From the NCBI RefSeq assembly GCF_009914755.1, contig NC_060930.1: 64,000 nucleotides of DNA. One strand, 5' to 3'. Source of the stretch: the human T2T-CHM13v2.0 reference genome, Homo sapiens. A program made the position numbers and the translations under genes. Below are positions 1 through 14,300 of this stretch, piece by piece (position 1 is the first letter of the stretch; the number at the start of each line of letters is the position of its first letter). The notes beneath the pieces are model-generated. The model worked only from the letters and a program-made list of their open reading frames with translations, was not told the DNA's origin and did not search any database.

Positions 1-1444
1 TCATTTAGCAGTGTGTATGTGCTAGTTTTATAAAAACATAAACTTCACTCTCTAGACTTCAGCTGAGAGTGTCACACAATATGGGGCATTTTATGTGCTA
101 AATTTAAACCAAAGATTTTAACACACTGTATTATTTATTTCAATGTGTAGCAGCCAGGAAACACAACTAGAGAATAGAGAGTGGATCAAACCAGGCCTCC
201 AAAGATAATGAATGGCTTAGGAAATGCACCCAACCTGTTTCATTTGAGTTTACCGAAGCAATAGATTTTTATTTTTGGTGTTTCATTTTCATATAAAACC
301 TGACCATTTGCATCCCTCAATTAACCTTCATTATTAAAAACTACCTTATTGAACCAATTAATGGCCGATGTTAGAGAAAAACATTCAAATAAAACTTCAT
401 CAGAAGTTTTCATTTAATAGAAATTATTTAATTACTAACAATGCAAGAGATAAGCTAAAACTTAGAATGTGACCTTTTTTGAGATGTCACTTGCTGAAAT
501 GTTTGATTATTGTCCATAAAACCTGACAGGAAGTTCAGATTACTATATGTGGGTCTCTAAGAGAGGCTAATATAGTCAATTGTGTCACATCACCTACCTT
601 CCTAATCTTCACACTTAGTGTTTGTTCTTCAACCTATGGAGACACCCAGTTCCTCAATTCCAGCAGTTCACCATCTTCCTCCTCCTCCTGCTCTGGGTTT
701 CTTTCACTATTGTCTCTGAATTCCACTGTGAACCACTTTGCCCTTTGTCTTGCCAGCATCCCAACTCATCTGATACCTTGTCCTTCATACCCATCCTAAA
801 AAACACTCAATTTGGTTCACTGGTTTTTCGGTCCCTATGTAATCTAGAGGGGCTGAGAAAAAGCACCAATTTCACAGGCTGGGCTACTTCTGTGGAGCCC
901 TCTGAATGTCGGCCTCTCATTCCAGGATGCTCTGCTCAGCACTCTCTGCCATTTCCTTCAGAGACAATTCCAAGTGTTCCCCATTTTTGTCAATATTATC
1001 CAGTTTTTCCAGATAAATAAATTTGCCTTTCACTTCACAAAAAAGAAAAAACAATAAAATAATGAATTTTTCAAAGAAAATTATGTTTAATGCACAGTTT
1101 CTACCCATAAACTTAGTAGTATACCTCCTTCTGCCCCAATCAGTCCTTTCTGGTGCTCAAAGCACTCTAGCTGCTCCAGGATTCTGCTCAATTATCATCT
1201 TTCCTCTATATCATCTACATTTCCCTCTCCAATGGCTCTACTTGGTCAGCACATATAAACAGGTTCACAATGATGCAGAAATGCTTTCTGGGTCTTACCT
1301 CTTATTCTATCATCTCACTCCTCCTACACACAGCCAAGCTTTCTTGAGGTACAGAGTATGACTATATTGTTCTCTTCTCTACCTCCACAAACATAGTTCC
1401 AGATAGGCCCTCAATAATAATTCTCATTGTTTCAATATTGATGC

Positions 1445-2210
1445 TGAAAATAGAGAAAGCCCAATAGAAAGGTGGAAACATAGTTCAGCAGCCACTTTAT
1501 AAAAAGAGAATATACAACAGCCAAAAAAAATAGGAAAAGGGGCTCAACTTTGTTAACCACCAGAGAAATAAAAATTAAAACTATAAGGTACACCACTACA
1601 TAGCCATCAGAATGGCCAAAATGCAAAAGATGAAAATACTACAGCAGGTTGAGGACAGTTAGGACCCTCATGCATGTTAGAAGGGGCACAAATTGGCATA
1701 CCTGCTTTAAAAAGGCACGCGGTAATAACTACTAAAGTGGAATTCATGCAAGCCCCATGATGTAGCGACTCCACCCCTAGGGCTGCATCTGCAGAGATGT
1801 ACCATAATATTCATAGAAGCACTATTTGTAAGAGCCAAAGCCAAAAGTAATCCAAATTCATCAATGGTAGAACGAAGAGATTATAGCACATTCATAGGAT
1901 GGAATTCAATACAGTAATGAGAATGGATGATTGTTACACATGAACAAATCTCACTGACATACCATGGAGTGAAATAAGTCAGACACACACACATGACGCA
2001 GAGCATATGATTCCATATACATAAAGGACAAAAGCAGGCAAAAGTAATAGATATGGTGTTAACAGTTACAGCAGTTACCCTTGGGTTCTAACATAACTGG
2101 AAAAGGGCAAGAGATGTGCTCTCAGAATGCTGATAATGTTCAAATGGTGAAAATCCATCAAACTGTCTACATCCTTTTCTGTATATATATTATATTACAC
2201 AATTTTAAAA
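1445..2210 (+). mobile_element. Old LINE-1 3' region (L1ME-like)
   Basis: Degenerate L1M 3'-end motifs (cagagaaataaaaattaaaactataagg...cagaatggccaaaat; ttcatagaagcactatttgtaagagccaaa; tatgattccatatacataaagg). Confidence 0.8.
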
Positions 2211-2559
2211 TCTGGATATACTGATTCATCCTTGAGCCACCTCTTATTCAAAACACTCTTGACCTCCTTCTCTGTCTCACTCTATAGATGCTAAGATCCT
2301 GAGGCCAGGGACTAATCCTTGTCTATCTCGGCTTCCCTACTTCCTATACAGAGCTTAGTACACGCCTGCTCTCAACAAATGATTCTGGATGAGTGAACGA
2401 GCATGGCACCTCAGCCCCACTGATTTTGGTCTCTTTTATGCTCTTGATGCTGAAGTCTGCATTTTCAGCCTCTTCCCTGGGCTCCAGGTCTTGATCTCTG
2501 CCTATAGACACTGCAGTGATAACAACCTACCCTTTATTTGGAACTGGCTTTGAGTCTGG

Positions 2560-2730
2560 AGCTTTACCTATCACAAACAGCCTGCATGTTACTAATTATT
2601 ACCCTCACTTTACAGACCAGGAAATCAAGGATCCCAGAGGTTTACCTAAGAATGCACAGGTGATAAACTGGAGAAGTAAAATTGAAACTCAGGTCTTTCT
2701 TATCCCAAAGCCAAGGATCTTTCCACAGAC
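2560..2730 (-). mobile_element. MIR SINE
   Basis: MIR core (ttattaccctcactttacagaccaggaaatcaagg...attgaaactcaggtct). Confidence 0.65.
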
Positions 2731-2775
2731 CACACATGACCACAGATACAATAAATCTAAAATGTAGGTCACACA

Positions 2776-3088
2776 GGCCGCGCGCAGTGGCTCACACCTG
2801 TAATCCCAACATTTTGGGAGGCCGAGGCGGGCAAATCACCTGAGGTCAGGAGTTCAAGACCAGCCTGGCCAACATGGCAAAACCCCATCTCTACTAAAAA
2901 TAAAAAAATTAGCCAGGTGTGGTGGTGCACGCCTGTCATCCCAGCTACTCAGGAGGCTGAGGCAGGAGAATCACTTGATCTCAGGAGGTGGAGGTTGCAG
3001 TGAGGTCACACTACTGCACTCCAGCCTGGGCGACAGAGTGAAACTCCATCTCAATAAATAAATGAATTAAAATTAAAATTAAAAAATG
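2776..3088 (+). mobile_element. AluS (Sx-like), full length
   Basis: Both monomers and an A-rich tail; TSD aaatgtaggtcac at 2760-2772 and 3089-3101. Confidence 0.97.
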
Positions 3089-3101
3089 AAATGTAGGTCA
3101 C

Positions 3102-3945
3102 TACTTTTCTCAAAGGCCTGCTCATCTTCCTTATCCTGAGCAATATCATCACTACCCACTTTGTCACCCAAGCTGCAGTCCTGGGAATTGCCTTCAATTT
3201 CCCTCACCCTTCACACTGACTCAGCCACTAAGTACTGTGTGCTAAGTTTGACAGTCCATCCTGTGCTCACTATTCTAAATATCGCAGCATTAATTCAGGC
3301 TTTCATTGTTTTTTCGCTTGAATATTACTGTAATTGTCTGCACACCATGTCTCCCAAATCCGGGCTTGGCTTCCTCTGTATCATTCTTGTGAGGCTGCCT
3401 GAGAGATATTTGTAAAATGCTAATCGGAATATGTCCCCCGTCTTGCCTGCAGGACAGAGTTCAAACATAGCAGCATGGCATACCCTCCTTGACCTGGTCG
3501 TGGCCAAGCTCTCCAGATCCTTCCTTTGTGACTCTACTCCTCCTCCCACTTTGTAATCCTGCCATGTGAAGATTTACTGCTCACAAATGCATCTCTCTAT
3601 TTCCAGGTCTCTGGATCCTTTTTTGCTAAGGCTTTATCTTCCTGGAATGCCCTTTCCCATGCTGTCAACCAGGCAAATTCCCACCCATCCTGCAAGAGGC
3701 AGCTCAAGCACTTAGTCCTCTGTCAAGCCTCTCAAGTAAAGCTGCTGCATTGCTTTCATGTCACAGCTAAGCTTTGTGCATCCTTCTCTTACAGCCCTTT
3801 CATAATGTATTGCAGTTTTTTTACAGACTGCAGCCTTCACTTCTAGACCATTAGCTCCTTGGGGACACATGCCTGCTCTTTATTGCATGCTCAGGCCCAC
3901 ACGCAATAGTCAACAATACTTGAACAAGTGAATTAGTAAATGAAA
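3102..3945 (+). mobile_element. LINE-2 fragment
   Basis: Pyrimidine-rich L2 body ending in an L2-type 3' end (agaccattagctccttggggaca...agtcaacaatacttgaacaagtgaa). Confidence 0.7.
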
Positions 3946-4342
3946 CCAATTGTATGTGTACACATAATCTTAGTTGCAAATAATTTATTTTAAAAGCAAA
4001 TCCCAAGAGAATGAACCAGGCAGAAACAATGAGGCAAGAATAGATCATTTATCTTTGTAAACTCTACGAGAGTGCAGCTCAAAGTGTAAGGCTGAAAACA
4101 ACATTTAGCTGTTGTGTAAGTGTCTGCAGGAACATAGCATCCTCCTCTCCCAGGCCTCTCATCAATAATCTTCTCCTACCACCACCGCAGCCATCTCTGA
4201 TCCTGGGCAGGGGTTAAGTACAGAGGTGAAAGGAAAAGGGTGAAGATCTGTATTTAATAGCCTATTTCCTGGATCCCTAGTCTCTGAACCTAGTGGAGAG
4301 AATCACTGATACTCAACCTCAAGTTTTTGGTGAAATAAAAAT

Positions 4343-4489
4343 GGTCTAAACCTTAATAGAGATGATTCTTAGTGGAGAGAAATCTATTAAGGTCTAAACC
4401 TTAATAAACCTTAATATAAGGTCTAAACCTTAATATAATGTTAACAATAAATCTTAATAAAAGGTCTAAACCTTAATAGAGATGATTCT
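4343..4489. repeat. Complex local repeat: 27-bp direct duplication enclosing rearranged copies of itself
   Basis: ggtctaaaccttaatagagatgattct occurs at 4343-4369 and 4463-4489. The interior is built from aaccttaata units, one of them inverted. Confidence 0.9.
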
Positions 4490-6399
4490 CAGGATAGAGC
4501 AGAATATTCCATGTATCTCCTGGATTGGCTAAAGTGGAACAGAGCAAAAATAAACGTTTTTCAGATTGTGCTCTCATTTCTAAGATGCAGGACAGGAACG
4601 TGGGCAAATCAATAGTCAAGTGGTGATGCTGTCACTTTTGAATGAAGAAACTAAACAAAGGACTGGGGAAATTGACAAAGATGAGTATGGCTGCAAAGCA
4701 CAGTGAGAGAAGAAACTTGACGTCTGAGAGTTGAGTGAGGGGCTGAGAAACTGTAGGCAGGAATACCCACTTCACCAATCACTCCACGCCACCTCACCAC
4801 CCTGGGCCACACGGTATTTAAGTACAAGGCAGGACATCAGATGACCTACCGAAAGTACTCCTTGCACAGAGAAGAAAGCTGACTACGGCTCTTGCCAGCG
4901 CCTACTCTACATGAAGGCTGCAATTAAACAGCTCTCCCTGGAATAAGACTGTGGAAAGAAGCAGCCAAGTGCCCCCCTGAGACACACAGAAAAGCAATAA
5001 CTATGTTGACATTCCAAGAAGAGAGAGGGAGAAGAGCATTTTTCTTGCAGTCTCATTCTTTAATTGCCTCTTCTGGCTTCCTTTCTGGAGAGAGAAGGGA
5101 GGTGGGTGATGGCGGCTGGATCATGTAAAAGACCAGAGTGCAGCTGATGTGAACTTCTATCAGGCCTCCTTGCACAAAGACCTTATTATAATACACACAT
5201 AAAAATGCGTGGGCAAGTCTTGGAGGGTTGAGGTTTTTCCCCCCAAACTCACTCCCAGCCCCGTGCTTTGAATGCAGTTGTGTATACACACCCTCTGACA
5301 GAATAGGTTCTTCGTGTTGCCATGGAGCTGAAACCTCTGTAGTTTAGATGGAAGGATCACAGTGCTTTTATACTTCTAACAGCAGAGGTAAGAATCACTG
5401 CATAATATTAACTCCACTTTTATTTCAGATTTTCCGTTGCTCATCTTCGTATTCTGCGTGAACTCTATTTATATTTTTTTACTCCTTATAAAATTACCTC
5501 ATAGAAGCTGCTAGCAAACTGATTCTTTTCTTTGTAAATCAATATGTCAAAACTTGAGTGCATACATGATGTGTGAGTTTTCCCCACTCCTGCCCTTTTT
5601 AACAGAGAAAATTTGTGACCTTATCACATCTAGGGGAGTTTATGAGAAATGCAAAGTACAAATCAATTCATAGCTAATAAATATGCTGTGAAACACATAA
5701 AACGTCGCATAACCAGTAAGTATTTTCTCTGATATGATAAACCTAAAGATTATTTATATTCTGATTACTATTTTTCAAATAGGTTTCAAGAATCAAAATC
5801 ATATCTAGAACGCTTTTGCAAACATAGATATGCTTCTGCAAGTTCCTCTCAGATCTTGTTTCAAAACTTAGCTACTACCCTATTGTTTGGAAATCAAATA
5901 AAATAATCAAATGAAAGAAAAACAAAGTAATTTCCTAGCACAACCTCAATGTCTATGCTGCCCCTCCTTTTCAGATTTTGTACCTCCTAAGAAATCAGTG
6001 ATTTGACTTCTGCAAAATCAAATGCAAAGGAGTTAAATAAAACAATTTTGATTTCCTACCTGGAAATATGCTTTTGGTCCTATCACACATTCTCATAATC
6101 TTGAGCCTCAATGTCTCAGGTAAATTCGCCAATCTGCCGACAAGAAGTTTTGTATTATGACTTCTCCTCCCACAGTGCATGCATTACAACTTGACTACGA
6201 AAATGACCTTCGTCTTAACCAGAACAGCAAAACTGAATCTATCGGTTTGAAAAAATGAGAGTGCAAACATGCGGAGGAGGAAGAGGCAAAACAGGTGGAT
6301 AAAATGTTGCACTAAGCTACACACAATATTAGTGCTAGAGTGCTCTGCAAAATGAAATCTTAAGAATTAGAAAATAGTTTATGAGGAATAAAATAGTGA

Positions 6400-6800
6400 T
6401 GGCACTAGATGATAACCCAAATAATAAAATAAATATCCATGAGTCCACACCAAAGTCAATCAATCAATCAATAAAATATGTAGATATTTCCTCCCTTCAA
6501 AGATAAAGCTTAATTCTTCTCCCCTTAGGTGTGGGCTGACTTCCAAAGAATAGAATACAGAGAGAGAAAAAGCAGTAACTTTACAATGGAAAAACCTGGC
6601 AGAGTCTACCATAACCAAGTGATCAAAGTTAATATTACCAGTGATAAGGCATGTTGATGTGACACAATTCCTAACATAATGTGATGAGATGGGAACCTCG
6701 CCTGGTGGTATTCTGCCCCCAAAACCCATAAGCCCAGACTACAAAATTCCTGGCCCATACTCTTCCAAAATGTCAATTCCATCTGAAACAAGTAGACTGT
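6400..6800 (+). mobile_element. LINE-1 3' UTR fragment (L1MC/L1MD-like)
   Basis: Typical motif taactttacaatggaaaaacctggcaga...aaccaagtgatcaaagttaatattaccagtgataag. Confidence 0.8.
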
Positions 6801-9800
6801 GCCATGGTACTATCATATTGTATCTTGTGTCATATTAAATATTTTTAAAGTGAGTAGCTAATTAATACCAAATAAACTTCTCAGGCAAACCAAACCATTC
6901 TTTAAAACAGTTAACAACCACTCAAATAGAATAGCCTTTTTAAGATAGTAATATTGTTTAGATAGGAATTTTTCTTCTTCTCTTTTGATGCTTTCAGAAC
7001 ACCTCAGTATGACATCTTCAAATGGTGTACACTTCAGTTTTTTCTTTGCTAAAGACAGTGTGTATATTTCCACTATGACTAGCAACAATGGTGCTTGTAT
7101 TGATTGTTCTGGCAGCTTTTTAAATAGGCTTGTTCTCTCCCTATCTCAATGGCCTCACAATGCTGATACTACAATGCTCAGGAACTTCTGAGCACCCTAG
7201 CCAGATGCCCCTTACTGCTTGTGGACAGGCATTCCCCAGCCTCTTGGCTGGGTGACAGCAACCACAGCAGCCCACAAGACGGGTGGAGAACCAATGAGTA
7301 AAATGATAAACATTTGTGATGAAACAGGATGTTGGAGACAGGGGGGTGAGGAGACAAAATATCTCAACGCTGAACTACTAACGCTACTTTGGAACTCCTA
7401 ACAGTGTTCCCTTGTTGTAAAACTAGGAGCAGTAAACCGATATTTTTCTCTGGTGTTTTCTCCTTTATTATAATTAATTTCAGAATTACTGCTAAACAAC
7501 ACACCATTACCCAGGCACAGAACTTAAGACTGAGCTAACTGAACCACAAGCACTATACCCCCATAAATATTGTAAATGTTCATTGGAGACACTTAAACAA
7601 TTATGTGAAAATAAAATGTTTTCTGGACACAGAACACAACATTTTCAATAGTTCAGCCCTTGCTGTTGATTGAATGTACACTTTAAACCACCATTTCCCT
7701 TCTTATCTATGCCAGTTAGTAAGCATAAATTTAAGAAACTCTGAAATAAACATAGTACTTCACTTATACAGTGTCCTGGACTTGGACTTCACTTTGATGG
7801 ACTCTCAGTATGTAAGTAAATATCTCTTAAGTTGAAATTCTATTGAAACTATTCCCTGATTTCTGTACTTGGAGTACAATCATTTTGTTTTAATTGCTAT
7901 GTATTGAAGAATCCACAAAATATTAATGTTATAACTATGTTATAATACTAATGCATTATGCATTCCTGCTCGACCCCATAAATTAATGTACCAGTACCAT
8001 ATATGCATATATACCAGTACAAAATTGCAGAAAAAAAATGACTCCGGTGGTTCCCATTAATTCACACACTAATTCTGATATCAAGGTTAACAAAACAAAA
8101 CAAAAAGGTGAAATCACCACTATGGTGGTGCTCTCTTGGACTCCTTTTTAAAGAGTGTTATCAACAAGGATGTCTTCTTAGAGTCTACGATACTCATTTC
8201 TCTCATCCATTTCATTCTTGCTTTATTGCTAATGATTGCACCAAAACAAAGCAAATGATTGCACCAAAGCAAAAAAAAAAAAATTCCATCTTAGTAGCAA
8301 TTTGATACTTTAAATAAATCTCTGAAAACCTTTTCCACCAGAAGTGTCCTAACAGTGACAGATCATTTTGCACTATATACACAGAGATGGAACACAGCTA
8401 TGCACTGAGGAATATGGAGGGGGCAGGAAGTGACTGAGATGCAGCAAGCTCACTTACCTCAGACTAAACACAAAACTTCATAGCAATATTAAACCCAAAT
8501 TTCCAGTCATTTTTAGACTTAAAAACCCAATTCAGCCTGTCTGAATTTCAACTCGTATTTGGCAAGTACCTCCAAATGAAAAAGTGGGAAATTACAAAGA
8601 TGAATTTGAGGACACACATTCTACTTTTGTTCCCCACTTGTCACACTTATCCTCCCCAAATATTATTTACCCATCTGTTTTATACATTTACCTTTAAAAA
8701 TCATTTCCGGAAAAATTAGTAATTAACATTTTGAAAACAATGCTAGAGTAAAAAGGTTACAGTGTCACATATACTTTCCTTTAACAATGTAAATTACATA
8801 GTTCCTTGTAAAGCTGTTGTTCATGTTGAACAACAGGACCTCAAACTTGAAAAGGCAAAATTAAGCCTATGAGAAAACACAGTAGGTGCAGTATCAGAGG
8901 TGAATGTGACATTTCATTCCAAGCACTATTGCACACACACAACTGATAAATTTCCTACCAGTACACTCAAGTCTAAATCATAATTCAATATGGATATTAG
9001 TCCATACTCTTTCTGAATGAAAATAAGGCAACCCAATGAAACTGATGACATGATCAAAAAAAGATAAACAGCCCTTTTTACCCTTTAAAAGAACAAAGGA
9101 ACATAAGAATATTTCTATTAATACTGATATTTTAAAGCATAACACCATAACCTATATTACTCAGCAAGATCAGTTTATTATCCATTTGTTTTCATTTATC
9201 CCGAAGATCATTCTTAGTCTTTCTACTTGTATCAGTTCAATTTGTTATCCTCACACTATTATTATCAGTTAAGTAACCCTGGGTAAACTGTGGTTTTCAT
9301 ATCTATTGACCTGGGATAACACAGGCTGATATGTCATTAGCATAAGCTTGTCCTAACAAGTATGACTCCTCTCCTTTTAAGATTTGTTAAAACCGACTTA
9401 ATTATATTTTCTTAACTATCTTGATGATTTGGGTTGCCCACTTACTTTATAATATTTTGGATATTACAATTTATCTTTTTAAACTAAGGGAAAACAACCT
9501 TTCATTCACTTTTTAAATCCTTCCTCCATTGTATGAAATATTGGAAGACATATTGAATTCCCATCTCTAAATAAGAGTTAAGAAAGATACTGCTCAACCA
9601 TCTACCAATAAACTATTACCAGATAACTTAGGTTATTTTAAAATAATTATAAGATCAATTAAACCAATATAAAGAAAATCTTGAAATGCACTATAAATTC
9701 CAAAAGTGCATCCTGTTTACACAATAAGATCTGAGCCTCAGAAAAAGAAAACCAACAAGGCATGATTTAGGTAATCAATACGGGGGCCCACTAAAATGAT

Positions 9801-10166
9801 TTCTGCAAACGACCGGTGAGTTGAGCTCACATTTAAAAATGTACTATTACTTACATTTTAAAAGCAAGACACTGGAAAGTAGTGTTACAAATGCTCAAAA
9901 GCTCATGGAAAAAAATAATTTCCAAACATGGAGTGTTTTTCAAGTGTTTAATAAATATAAGTATTTTTGTTTTTAAAACCTGAGGTTAAATACAATTCTT
10001 AATTTACTAGCCAGATTCACTGTACTCAGAAATTCCTGCATATAGTTTTCATTTACTGTCTAATTTATCAATCTATAAATCTACATTTAATCTGAAAAAA
10101 TTATATGACATAATAGACCCTTTAACTATTAATGGTTCAAACTGTTAATTCCCCCCACCATGGTCA

Positions 10167-10550
<384 letters not shown>

Positions 10551-10639
10551 ATAATCAGAGAACAACACTATCTTTATCACTGTAATTTTTAAATAACTTT
10601 GAAGGCATTCATGAAAAACTAACCAGAAACAGATAATCT

Positions 10640-11330
10640 AGATTAGGTAAAGCTAATATCATTTAAATGTACAAAATAACAAAACGAGAATTAAATCACA
10701 TTGAGAAATAGTAGAACCAAGTAGATATAAGGTAACAAGAATTAATATTTAAAATATATAAAAAGCTCATAGAAACTTACTTTTCAAAAAATAACTAAGA
10801 AATAAATTAGAAAAGATATGCCAAGTCAATCCAGACAAAGAAATGTAACAAATAAAGAAACCTCTTTAATTATTATTAAAATGCAAACCAAAACAACAAT
10901 GCAGTCAAAATTTTTACTTTGGCACAATCATGATAAAAATGGGAAGCAATTTGAAAATGAGGACCATGTATGATAAAAAATATTCATTCTCTTTGAAAAA
11001 CAACCCCAAAAGAAAAAAAAATGAATATTCAGCAATAAGGGGATTTTTAGAAAATTGTCACCATTAAATTAGATCAAAAATATGCAGCCATTAAAATCAG
11101 AATATGGTAATATGCAAAATGAAAGTGTTTATAAAAATGATTTTGAAAGTAAGGATTGTATCAATATCATGATTATAACTATTTCAAGTGTATGAATGTG
11201 GGCAAAGATCAAAGAATATACAAGGAAAAATTCTAAAAATCAAGTTGATACATTATAAAAGCCTATAAGATAGTTATGCATCTTTTCTTTATTGGTGATA
11301 TAATATTGCTTGTGTGATAAATTAAAAACT
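10640..11330 (+). mobile_element. Highly decayed LINE-1 (L1ME-like)
   Basis: A-rich, with residual L1 motifs (aacaagaattaatatttaaaatatataaaaagctc; aaaatgcaaaccaaaacaacaatg; tatgcagccattaaaa). Confidence 0.55.
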
Positions 11331-14300
11331 TGACAAAAACAAATAAATTACAGCAAGCTAGTCAGCTCCAAAATTAAATCTCCCAAATGCATCAACCAGT
11401 ACCTACCATAAAACAATGACTATTCCACAGGAGAGTTCACCAATGGCCAGATCTCTGTAACCAAAGCAAGACCTACATCTTACATGAAATGAAACTGTGA
11501 ATGGTCCGTAGCATATTCATACTCTTTAAGCTATTAATCCATGCCCAAGTGCTTAAAAAGTTTACTATCTAGCATATGATGTTGGAGATTGTTCATTTCT
11601 ATCCTTGTGATTGTACTACATCCATTATTTCTATGGGAGTTCAGTATACACTACCAAATCACATTGTTTGAATACAGGCAATTCTCAACTTACAACCACC
11701 TGACGAAAACCAAAAATAAAACCAGCTGCTGCTTTCCCCGGGTTGTCGCCTTCTAGCACTACCAGTAGTCTTACTGTTACCCCTAGAGAGTCTCAGCTGT
11801 TGTGAAGAAATCTAAAACTTTTTAGAGAATTTGGGGGAAGAAAGGGTCAAAGCAATAAAACAGTACCAGATAGTGAATATACACAAAGCACACAAAGCCA
11901 TTGCTTACCCTGAGTCGTACTCAGTAAAGGTTTGATGAATGAATGAATAAATTTCCTTTTCACCTCTGTAATTTGAGCCCCACTACTTTGCCTCTACCCT
12001 ACTCCAGCAGCCTGTTAACAAGCCTCCTTTTGGGGCTCTCGATTCATGGAGCTGGAGCTCAAGAAGGGAGTGAAACCCCATAAACAAACAGCTGTGATCA
12101 ACAGGCTGTCCACTGGGCAATTCAACAGAGAGGACCTGCGCTCAGGACCAATCCAAAAACGTCTGTTCTTGTGACCTCCCCTAGAGCATCGGTTTGATGT
12201 ATACTCCAATTGTACTTTGATGGCCTTAAAGGAGCAGAACCACTTTAAACATATCTAAAGTCTAATAACTTTTCGATTTATTTCACCCCATGTATTTCTA
12301 ACTAATCTTTCATCTTCTGAAATTTCAAGCCACTCCATTACTCAAAAATCTTCCTCAGCTCTCTCTTACCAACTGAATTACAGAAAATCAAAGAAACTCA
12401 AAGTTTGAGAGGTCTGAAAGGACTTTTAGCACAACAACCTAAAGAACAGGGCAAAACAACTTCACTCTTTCATTCAAGTTCCATCACAACATGGTCCAGG
12501 CCTTCCTACTTATGATTCTCAGATCCTAACCTTGTATATTTCCCATCTCCTGACTTTCACTCATGCCACCATTTATATCATACTCTATTTGAATGGTGCC
12601 CTCACGATTTTACAAAATCCAACTCTTGGGCAGCCATATGTGGTGTTCCTACTTTCACTTGTAACATATGTCCATCTTCCAACCCATCGCTGCTTCTAAA
12701 GATGTTAACCAATCCTCAAGGTCCACATTTTCCAGAAAAACCTTTCCTGGTTCATGCAATTGGTCTTTTTCTCTGAACTTTCATTTCATCTGGTTTATGC
12801 CTGTTTTTTGCATATTCTGTCTTTTCCAGTAAAATGAGTTAGTCATGCTTGCCATTAACAATATTAGATTGCATTCTCTCTGAGAACATGATGTAGGGTT
12901 CACATTTATTTCTATATAGTTTCTAGCCCATTGCCAAAATCAGAACAGGTACTCAAATAATTGTTGGCTGGGACCTTTGATTGGTAAGAAAATACAGATG
13001 ACTTTGGAACTAGAAAAATTTAAAGGAGTGATTTAGACTGGAATGGACTATAGCAATCAAAGACCAAGAACTAAATTTGGATAACTTGGTGCCTTCAGGT
13101 TGACTGGGTTGAGAAGGGTGCTAAGTGGTAGGATGTCACTGTCAAAAACATACTTTTCCCTATTTCAAAATTTTGCCTTAGACCAAATATGTACCTATGG
13201 AAAAAGACTTCCTCTCATCTTTTCCTCCACTCTGTAAGATACCACCTCTCAAAAAAAAAAAAAAAAAAAAAAAATTCTGAATTCTACACAACGAATTAAA
13301 AACACAGTTTTGAAACAAAGTACAAAGGAACCAAGCATAATTTAACCTGTTTTGTAGAATATCAAAAATAACTTTCCTTTTTTAATTAACAATAGTCTAT
13401 TAAAGGGCAGATTTTAGGGATACAAATCTGAAACACTTGAAGAGCAGGTGTATCATTTTAGAGGTATCTAAACGTTATTGTCTCTACTATATGGAGCCTG
13501 TGTGTCTGCCTAACACATAACATGCATTTTCTTAATTAGAATGCATGCTGAAATACCTATTTTAATAAATATATCATGACCCAAGGAAATCATTATGATC
13601 TATTAAAGAACAATTAACTATAAAAGCATTAGCTATACAGAAAGAGATAGCTTCAAATTGGTATACACAGATTTCTACTATCTATAGACAAAAATCTATC
13701 TGAACATTTTTCAAGACCTTAAAAGATGCTGTGTTTACATAGCAATGGTATAGTATACATTGGCAGATGATTCAAAATATTTTAGTATATATCTACATAT
13801 ATGAGTATTTATAATCTGAAAATTAAATCCCATGATTTTAAGACAATTTAAATATAAACTAGGCAGGGGAGAGTGCAGCAGTGTTAGAGAGGAGGTCACT
13901 GAGGAATGAATGAATATATATTAAGCATGTTTAATAAGGCTTTATACACCAACATTTTTTGAGATTACATATATCTAAAATGCAAAAAAACCAACTGCCT
14001 CTGTTTTTAATCAGAAATATCTCAGGGTCATTATCATAAACATAGATCACCATAGCAAACCTACTCATTTATTTATTTCCATTTACTAGGAAAATACTTA
14101 GGGAGCCTCTTCTATGAGTCAAGTACAACATTAAGTCCTGGAGATAACAGTATCATATGGGGCAGGCATGGTCTCAGCCCTAGTAGAACTTAGATTCTGA
14201 GTAGAAAGATCAAAAAATAGCTACTGTAAATTGGGGGAAACACAGTAACAGCTTCTGAAGCTACTGAGATGCTTACATTTGCTTACCCCTGCACTCTTGT

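Noticed and set aside
598-633. Possible 36-nt minus-strand exon (TCTCCATAG|...AAG|GTAGGT)
   Set aside because: Poor pyrimidine tract, and it borders degenerate LINE-like sequence; such pairs arise by chance in long introns.
622-1361. Two adjacent plus-strand ORFs (132 and 112 aa)
   Set aside because: Non-ATG starts, low-complexity composition, probably decayed LINE-derived pyrimidine-rich DNA.
4343-4489. Short repeats with spacers superficially resembling a CRISPR array
   Set aside because: Eukaryotic context, irregular unit length, spacers made of the same sequence, no cas genes.
13240-13273. 23-nt poly-A after ccacctctc, possibly an extremely truncated retroposon
   Set aside because: No clear TSD and too little body sequence to assign.
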